Origin: Rhodothermales bacterium
GTDB taxonomy: Bacteria > Bacteroidota > Rhodothermia > Rhodothermales > VXPQ01
Assembly: GCA_040904565.1 (NCBI GenBank)
Contig: JBBDTI010000030.1
Coordinates: 52,976 to 116,975 of the forward strand
DNA length: 64,000 bases
Reading direction: 5' to 3'
How positions within the stretch are numbered: position 1 is the first letter of the stretch; the number at the start of each line of letters is the position of its first letter. Position numbers and translations under genes: made by a program. Shown here in pieces: positions 57,651 to 64,000 of this stretch. The notes below the pieces were generated by a model, which saw only the letters and a program-made list of their open reading frames with translations, was not told the origin of the DNA and ran no database searches.

Positions 57651-58934
57651 CTACTCGAAAAACGGGACACCTTCCGTCGCGTACGGACGCATCCCATCCT
57701 CGTTGATTTCGACGCCGATGCCCGGCTTCTCCGACAGCGTGATGAAGCCGTCCTCGACCTTCGGCCCATCGTACGAGACGATCTCGTCGAACATCGGATT
57801 GGAGTGAAAATAGGTCTGCCATTCCAGGATCATGAAATTGGGGACCGACGCGCATACGTGGCAGGCGGCCATCGCTCCGAGATACGAGGCGACCATGTGC
57901 GGGGCGAACGGAATGTAGTACAGATTGGCGAGGTTCGCGATGCGCTGGCCTTCGCCCAGCCCGCCGGCTTTCTGCAGATCCGGCATGATGATGTCAACGG
58001 CCCCGATTTCGAGCAGGCGCCGGAAGCCGTGGGCGAGGTACAGGTTCTCGCCGGCGCAGATGGGCGTGCTCGTCGATTCCGTGATGTGCTTGTACGCTTC
58101 CACGTTCTCGGCCGGAATCGGCTCTTCCAGCCACATCAGATCGAGGGGCTCCATGAGCTTTGCCACCTTGTGCGCCGTTGGCGCATCGTACCGGCCGTGC
58201 ATGTCCGCGCAGATGTCGACGTTTGGGCCGATCGCCTCACGGGCAGCCGAAATCTGATCGACCATGCGCTGGAGTTCGGCGGGGCTCGCCGTCCAGTTAT
58301 AGCGATCGTATTTATTGGGATCGTTGGCCTGGTCGAGATCGAACTTGATCGCGGTGAACCCCATCTCCACGGCCTCCGACGCACTGGCCGCGAACTGCTC
58401 GGGGGTGGGAAGGCGAAACTGATACAGGGCGGTGTCCATGTACACGCGAATCCGGTCGCGGAATTTGCCGCCGAGCAGCTGGTAAACCGGAACGCCGAGG
58501 GCCTTGCCGGCAAGGTCCCACAACGCCGTTTCGACGGCGGAAAGCACGGCGACGAACATGCCGGACTGTGCGCCCTCGAAGAATCCGGATCGGCGGATGT
58601 GTTCGAAGAGCTGATGGACGTTGAGCGGGTTCTGTCCCTTGATCCGCTCGCCGAACATCTTGACCAGGTGGTAGGTGCCCGGCGTCGCATCGACGCCTTC
58701 CCCGCAGCCCCAGATGTCCTGATTCGTGTAGACCTTAACGAAAAGGCTGTGGCCGTTGCGTATGTACCCGCACTTGATGTCGGTGATTTCCAGGTCGGCC
58801 GGCCGAGACGCCAGGTCGGCACGCTCGACGGCCGACTCCAGACTCCGCCCGAACGCGGACAGAGGTGCGGCCGCGAGAACACCGGCAGCGGCGCTTTTTG
58901 CAAGGAATGAACGCCTCGTGTGAGTTCGTGCCAT
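57651..58934 (-). CDS. Mandelate racemase/enolase-superfamily sugar-acid dehydratase with Tat signal
   Basis: TRRSFL Tat motif, ALWDLAGKALGVPVYQLLGG, KFD, DMH, WLEEP, GEN, PD..K.GG, APH. Confidence 0.88.
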   Translation of the reverse strand: MARTHTRRSFLAKSAAAGVLAAAPLSAFGRSLESAVERADLASRPADLEITDIKCGYIRNGHSLFVKVYTNQDIWGCGEGVDATPGTYHLVKMFGERIKGQNPLNVHQLFEHIRRSGFFEGAQSGMFVAVLSAVETALWDLAGKALGVPVYQLLGGKFRDRIRVYMDTALYQFRLPTPEQFAASASEAVEMGFTAIKFDLDQANDPNKYDRYNWTASPAELQRMVDQISAAREAIGPNVDICADMHGRYDAPTAHKVAKLMEPLDLMWLEEPIPAENVEAYKHITESTSTPICAGENLYLAHGFRRLLEIGAVDIIMPDLQKAGGLGEGQRIANLANLYYIPFAPHMVASYLGAMAACHVCASVPNFMILEWQTYFHSNPMFDEIVSYDGPKVEDGFITLSEKPGIGVEINEDGMRPYATEGVPFFE

Positions 58935-58939
58935 CGAGC

Positions 58940-59899
58940 CTACCAGGTTCTGGTTTCGAGGTATTCCTGAACTTGCTCTTTCGGAACGGGCAGCTCGTCG
59001 ACGTGGTCGTTCAGCCACTGCGAGAAATCCCGCTCGATTTCGTCCGACCACCGCGAATCGATCTGTCCCGACGTGTACACGCCTTCCCGCAACCGCTGGT
59101 GTCCGAACATATCTCGGAGCCTGACGATCTCCGAGGTCTTGACCACGCGCTCGACGAGGTGAGGCGGGATGAAGATGACGCCGCCGTCTCTCCCCAGCAC
59201 GACGTCCCCCGGCATGACGGTGGCCTTTCCGATTCGCGTAGGCTGGTTGATCCCGATCAGCGTGGTGTTGAGTGCACCGGCGGGATTGTTCAGATGATGC
59301 GACGGATGGTAGCTCCGAACGAACGACGTGAAGTCGCCGAGCTCCTTCAGGCCGCTGATGTCTCGGATGGCCCCGTTGTAGACGATTCCGTTGCCGGATT
59401 TCGCATAGATGGCATTGCCGAGATTATCGCCGATTGTCGGACCGTCCTCGTGCGCGCCGAACTGATCGACGACGTACACGTCGCCATCCACCAGCAGGTC
59501 GACCGGCCATGAGTTCTGAGACTTGATTCGCCCGTCCTCTTCGTGACCTCTTCTGTCGATCACCCGGTGGATGTCGGGTCGGCCGGGTATAAAGGTGGCC
59601 GTCACGGCGCGGCCGACGAGCACGCTGTCCGGATTAATTTGCAGCCAGCCGTCGTCGTACTGGTGGTTGAAGTTGTCGCCTCTCAAGACGGCCCACGCCT
59701 CTTCGAGCGTCACGAGCTTCATGCGCTCGAGAACGTAGTCCGGCACGCGAGGTCGACCGTCCGGGAAGCGGTCGCCGGACCATTCGGGGGTCAGGAATAC
59801 GAGCTCGTCTCTGGAGATTTGTTGTCCGGCGGCGGGCTCCGCTAGGAGGAGCCATGCGACAGCTGCCGTGAGGGCCAAAGTGAGGAATCGCGTCATCAT
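58940..59899 (-). CDS. RraA/HMG-aldolase-like protein with Sec signal peptide
   Basis: GRAVT, VYVVD, GDNLG, GIV.NGAIRD, VMPGDVVLG..GGVIFIP; signal peptide AAG|Q. Confidence 0.85.
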   Translation of the reverse strand: MMTRFLTLALTAAVAWLLLAEPAAGQQISRDELVFLTPEWSGDRFPDGRPRVPDYVLERMKLVTLEEAWAVLRGDNFNHQYDDGWLQINPDSVLVGRAVTATFIPGRPDIHRVIDRRGHEEDGRIKSQNSWPVDLLVDGDVYVVDQFGAHEDGPTIGDNLGNAIYAKSGNGIVYNGAIRDISGLKELGDFTSFVRSYHPSHHLNNPAGALNTTLIGINQPTRIGKATVMPGDVVLGRDGGVIFIPPHLVERVVKTSEIVRLRDMFGHQRLREGVYTSGQIDSRWSDEIERDFSQWLNDHVDELPVPKEQVQEYLETRTW

Positions 59900-60238
59900 G
59901 CGATGGTTATCATGCGATCGTTGTTGCGTCGGGAGAACGATTGATGCGATCGGCGGCATGCAATATATATGAATTTTTGAGCCCGTGCGCATGAACCGTA
60001 AGAGGCGGACCGTCATGCTCGGTAGCTCCGGACGGCCGGGGAGGTAGGACGGCTGGGGAGGTAGTCATACAAACTCGGCTCGAAGCCGTAGCGTCAGATG
60101 CCCGGCGGCCGAACTTTCGACATCGAAGCGACGACGCAAACAGGAAGCCGCTCCCGACCCGACTACTCACATTCAGCAGCAACATGCCGATTCGTTCGCG
60201 TCGATCGCCGACCGAGATGAGGGCATGATATAGTCCGA

Positions 60239-60562
60239 ATGTCCCGCGCCATTGAAAACGACCTCGTGGTCGCCGGCCTCTCGCGCCTCGCACTCGGATT
60301 TCTGTGGTACGGCCCCCTCTTCGGTCAAGTCCGGATGCGCTACATCGGGAAGACGGAGGAGGAGCTGAAGGCCGATTACTCGCCCATCGTCCACCTCTGG
60401 TCGCTGCTGTTGGCCCTCGTCATGGCGTTCATCCTCGCCGTCTTCATGAGCTGGGTCGGCATTGATGATCTCCTTCCCGGCCTTCCGGTGGGGCTGCTGG
60501 CCGGCATCGGGTTCACCTTCGTTCCGATTGCCGTTAACAACCTCTATGAGCGGAAGCCGTTC
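60239..60562 (+). pseudogene. DUF1761 family membrane protein, 3'-truncated
   Basis: LGFLWYGPLFG...VNNLYERKPF; the last TM helix is missing. Confidence 0.7.
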
Positions 60563-61027
60563 GGCCGAATTGTGGCCCATAGCTGCGAGATCGAACCCCT
60601 CGAGAATAGTGAGCATTTGCAGCGCGGCTATTCCCTGTCCGTTCGGCGGCAGCTCATACACGTCGTAGCCGCGGTAATTAACCGAGATCGGATCGCCCCA
60701 TGTGCTCGTGTGCGCTTGCAGATCCTCCTTTCGCAGGTAACCCCCGATGAGGCGCATGTAGGCTTCCAAGACGTCGGCAATCTCCCCTTCATAGAACGCA
60801 TCGCACCCACCGCGGGCGATCAGCTCGTAGGTCTTCGCGAGGTCGGGATTCCTGAAGATATCGCCTTCGACATGCGCGCGTCCGTCGAGGAGATACGTCT
60901 CCCTGAAGTTGTCGATTTCCTCGATCATCTCCAAGTGACCTAGAATGGCGCCGATCTCGTCCTCCCAATCGAGCGCGATAGATTTGGTGACGCTGAGCGC
61001 GCCGAGAAGAAGAAACGAGCGCATGAT
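60560..61027 (-). pseudogene. ggt: Gamma-glutamyltransferase internal fragment
   Basis: GDIFRNPDLAKTYELIA.GG.DAFYEGEIA, PISVNYRGYDVYELPPNGQGIAALQML.ILE; most of the N-terminus and the whole small subunit are absent. Confidence 0.85.
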
Positions 61028-61061
61028 GTCATTTCAACGACTGAACAAAAGCGAGTGCGGA

Positions 61062-63287
61062 TCAAAGCAGCACTTCATCGAAGGCAATTTCTTCGGCAGC
61101 CAGCACGAATACGGTCGTCGGCAGGCCCTCGGTCCGCTTCCTGAGTTGTTCATAATACGAAACGTAATCGTCGTTGGGCTCGGCCATTCCCATGAACACC
61201 AGGTCGGCATTATGGGACGACTCGTACAAAATGTCGACGAACGGGCGGCCATGGGCAGCGATGACGTCCAGCTCCGCGCCTGTGCGTGTCTCCGCCAGGA
61301 GGGCAGTGACATTCGCGCGCGCATCTTCTGCCGCCGATTCGTTCGCCACCACCATTTTCAACCTTACGACGGCGCCGCGCCACGACAGGTCGGTCCGGAT
61401 CAGGTAGGCCAGCAGCATCATGAGGCCGCCGTTGCCTTTGAGCCCGCCCCACCACACGTCGATGCGCTCTCGACGGCCGAACCCCTGAACCCGATCGTCG
61501 CGCACGATCATCACGTTGCGATTGGCGTCGTAGAAGTGGGAAATCATCTCACAGTAGCGGCCGCGGCTCGCGGCGTCGCCGCTATCCCCGAGAAGGATCG
61601 TATTCGGTGCCAATCCACCCAGCCCGTAGGCGTCGACGAGGCGCTCCGCCCCTTCAAAAGGATCGGGGGCTGTTATCACGCGGACGAGCGCCTGTACTCC
61701 GCGATCTTCAAGATACTCGGTGATGCGATTCTCCATCGCATCTTGCCGCCCTCTTGTCACGGAATCCGTCGCAAGCACCGTCGAGACGGTAATTAGCCCG
61801 CGACTGTGACTGAGTGCCGACGCCAGGTCAACGAGGTGCCAGCGGCGCGCGGGAGCGCCCGATAGCACGAGCAAGTGCGGCCGCCAGTTCTTCGGTTCCG
61901 ATTTACCGCGAAGGCGGAGCAAGCCGGCGCGTGTCAACGCCATCCACACGCCACGCCAGACGTCGCCCCATGCCGACCGCATCTCCCGTCGCTTCAACCA
62001 GACGAAGATGCCCGTTACGAATGCCGCGGCGATGAGGGTGGCCGGCGCATTGATCAGAAACATCACCGAGATGCACCCGAGTGCGCCGAGCAGCGAGAAT
62101 GCCCAGTGCACTTTTAACGACGGCCGGAACGAAGGGCTTTGGAGCAATCTCTCGACGCCGGCGGCGATGTTCAGCACGCCATAGGTCGTGAGGAAGAACA
62201 TCGTGAGAATGGGTGCGATGATGTTCAGATTCCCGAGATAGACGGCCGCCAACGCGAGACCGAGCGTCACCACCGTACCGGCGCGCGGAGCGTCGTCGTC
62301 GCCGCTTCCTTTACCCAGCCATTGGAGCCTTCGCGGAAGGACGCCGTCGCGCGCCAGCGCCTGCAGTACACGCGGTGCCCCCAGAATGCTGCCTACGGCG
62401 CTCGAGAGCGTGGCGCCCCATACTCCGATGAGGATCGCATCTCCCCAGAATGCCATCCGCCGCATTATGAGCGGATCCTCGATGAGGGTCAACGCATCCG
62501 CCCGGTTGGCGATGAGAACCGGCAGACCCATGTAGATGACGTAGCCGACGCCGATCGCCCAGAACGTGCCTCGGGGGATCGATTTGGCCGGGTCCTTGAG
62601 GTCACCCGACATGTTGACGCCCGCCATGATGCCGGTGACGGCCGGAAAGAAGACCGCAAATACGACCCAGAACGGCTCGGAGTGCCTGCCCGCCGCGCCC
62701 CACATCTCGATGTGCGTTTCTTCGATGGGTTGGCCGAAGGCCAGCGACACCAGCGACAGCGCGATACCGGCCATGATGAAGAACTGGGCGCGGATGGCCA
62801 TCTTAGCGGAAGTCAGTGCCAGTGCGGCAATGAGCACGGTCGTGATGATGCCGACGAGTTTCATATCCAGCGCGGGAAATACGCTCACGACGCTTTCGGC
62901 AAAACCGACCGTGTAGAGCGCCACCGACAGACCCTGCGCAAGATACAGCGGGATCCCGATCGCCCCGCCCGACTCGATGCCCAGCGATCGGCTGATCATG
63001 TAGTAGGCACCCCCGATCCGAACACGCTGGTCGGTGGCGATGGCCGCGATGGACAGCGCCGTGAGAAACGTGATCGACGTCGAAAGCGTGACGATCAATA
63101 GCGTCCCGATCAACCCTACGTTTCCGACTACCCAGCCGAAACGCAAGTACATGATGACGCCCAGGATCGTCAAGATCGAAGGCGTAAACACCCCGCCAAA
63201 CGTCGACAATCCGTCCTGCTTCCCCGAACTAACCTCACTCGGAGGCGGCGCCGAGCGTTTGAACAACTTCCAGATAGGATTCTCCAT
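61062..63287 (-). CDS. SLC12-like cation-chloride cotransporter family protein
   Basis: TFGGVFTPSILTILGVIMYLRFGWVVG, GGAYYMISRSLG, FFPAVTGIMAG, KNWRP, YGLGGLAPNT, IDVWW. Confidence 0.88.
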   Translation of the reverse strand: MENPIWKLFKRSAPPPSEVSSGKQDGLSTFGGVFTPSILTILGVIMYLRFGWVVGNVGLIGTLLIVTLSTSITFLTALSIAAIATDQRVRIGGAYYMISRSLGIESGGAIGIPLYLAQGLSVALYTVGFAESVVSVFPALDMKLVGIITTVLIAALALTSAKMAIRAQFFIMAGIALSLVSLAFGQPIEETHIEMWGAAGRHSEPFWVVFAVFFPAVTGIMAGVNMSGDLKDPAKSIPRGTFWAIGVGYVIYMGLPVLIANRADALTLIEDPLIMRRMAFWGDAILIGVWGATLSSAVGSILGAPRVLQALARDGVLPRRLQWLGKGSGDDDAPRAGTVVTLGLALAAVYLGNLNIIAPILTMFFLTTYGVLNIAAGVERLLQSPSFRPSLKVHWAFSLLGALGCISVMFLINAPATLIAAAFVTGIFVWLKRREMRSAWGDVWRGVWMALTRAGLLRLRGKSEPKNWRPHLLVLSGAPARRWHLVDLASALSHSRGLITVSTVLATDSVTRGRQDAMENRITEYLEDRGVQALVRVITAPDPFEGAERLVDAYGLGGLAPNTILLGDSGDAASRGRYCEMISHFYDANRNVMIVRDDRVQGFGRRERIDVWWGGLKGNGGLMMLLAYLIRTDLSWRGAVVRLKMVVANESAAEDARANVTALLAETRTGAELDVIAAHGRPFVDILYESSHNADLVFMGMAEPNDDYVSYYEQLRKRTEGLPTTVFVLAAEEIAFDEVLL

Positions 63288-63299
63288 GTGATCCAGCCA

Positions 63300-63950
63300 C
63301 TACTTCCTATGGTTTTCCACGCCGGAATTCGGCGACCATGCCGACTCAGGCTCGAACTCATTCCACAGTAGGCGCGAAACGCGGCGAATCAACACTTCAC
63401 CCTCGTTGTCGTGCGCCCACCGCTCATCCGCCTGATTATTCGTGATAACAGTGAAGACGTAATCCCCGTGCGGCGCGTGGACGAGAGCTACCTCCGACCG
63501 CCACCGGTCGACGGGCCCCTGTTTCGAAGCAACCGAAACGGACGGTGGAATTTGAAAATGCGCTCCCTCATCCTAGTAAGATTTGGAAAGCAAACGATAC
63601 ATCTCTTCGTCGACCTCGGGGTTCACGGCCTCGCCGTTCCGAATCAGCACCAGGAGTTCCGCCATCTCGCGAGGACTGGTCTACCCCCATCCGTAAACCT
63701 CCCAGAATTTACGGCGTCCCTCCGTTCGCGAGTTCATTCGCGTAGCCTGGAAGCCGTGGTCCGATAGCCAGCGATTGATCGCCTCGCCGCCGCCGCAGAG
63801 GTGTTGCAGCCAGAGGCTCGCTGTGTTGTCGCTCAGCGCGGTCATCAGAAATGCTGCTTTGCGCAGCTGAATCTTTTCTCCATCCTTAAACGAGCCCAGT
63901 AGATCCATGCCGGGATAGTACAGTGAGTCGCGATACACCAACTCTTGGGT
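63300..63950 (-). pseudogene. Class A beta-lactamase-like serine hydrolase with two in-frame TAG codons
   Basis: SDNTAS, WG*TSPREMA (TAG 63681), SY*D (TAG 63573), VASKQG; no SxxK motif seen in this frame within the window. Confidence 0.8.
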
Positions 63951-63952
63951 TG

Positions 63953-63990
63953 GCGGATAGGAAGAATAAACGCGGATAGGAAGAATAAAC
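63953..63990. repeat. 19-bp perfect tandem duplication
   Basis: GCGGATAGGAAGAATAAAC x2. Confidence 0.9.
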
Positions 63991-64000
63991 GGACGCGCGC

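Noticed and set aside
60030-60063. 17-bp tandem repeat GGACGG(C/T)GGGGAGGTA-like x2 (and the 19-bp tandem at 63953-63990)
   Set aside because: Only two copies each, in decaying DNA; most simply replication-slippage duplications.
35261-63950. Stop-codon recoding, suggested by in-frame TAG/TAA codons in the VOC and beta-lactamase-like genes
   Set aside because: The stops fall where different residues are expected (probably Tyr, Glu, Gln, Trp), each one substitution away. TAG also ends many intact genes here, so these are ordinary nonsense mutations.

Overview
This 64 kb GC-rich bacterial window most likely comes from a Rhodothermota/Rhodothermales-like FCB organism. That inference rests on four NYPNPF-type T9SS C-terminal sorting domains and on signal peptides repeatedly followed by Gln. 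The left part (1-35.1 kb) is a divergent surface-glycan locus (about 6.0-24.6 kb) with about 8 sulfotransferase(-like) genes, 6 glycosyltransferases, an epimerase, a PglK-like ABC flippase and an O-antigen-ligase-like protein. It is flanked by large, domain-shuffled extracellular proteins built from H-lectin-like, Kelch, malectin, PKD, Ig and beta-propeller modules; two of them carry near-perfect internal tandem duplications, and one apparently starts at ATT behind a perfect Shine-Dalgarno. The right part (35.1-64 kb) is an accessory and decaying zone. It holds IS3-like ends, about 9 pseudogenes or gene fragments, 3 intact TA or TA-like pairs, three phased direct-repeat arrays upstream of AAA-ATPase and nucleotidyltransferase modules, an Rrf2-DoxX unit, a TonB receptor, a sulfatase, an exported RraA-enolase-BASS operon and an SLC12-like transporter. 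I saw no rRNA, tRNA or CRISPR array. All family assignments come from motif recognition by eye; no database searches were run.
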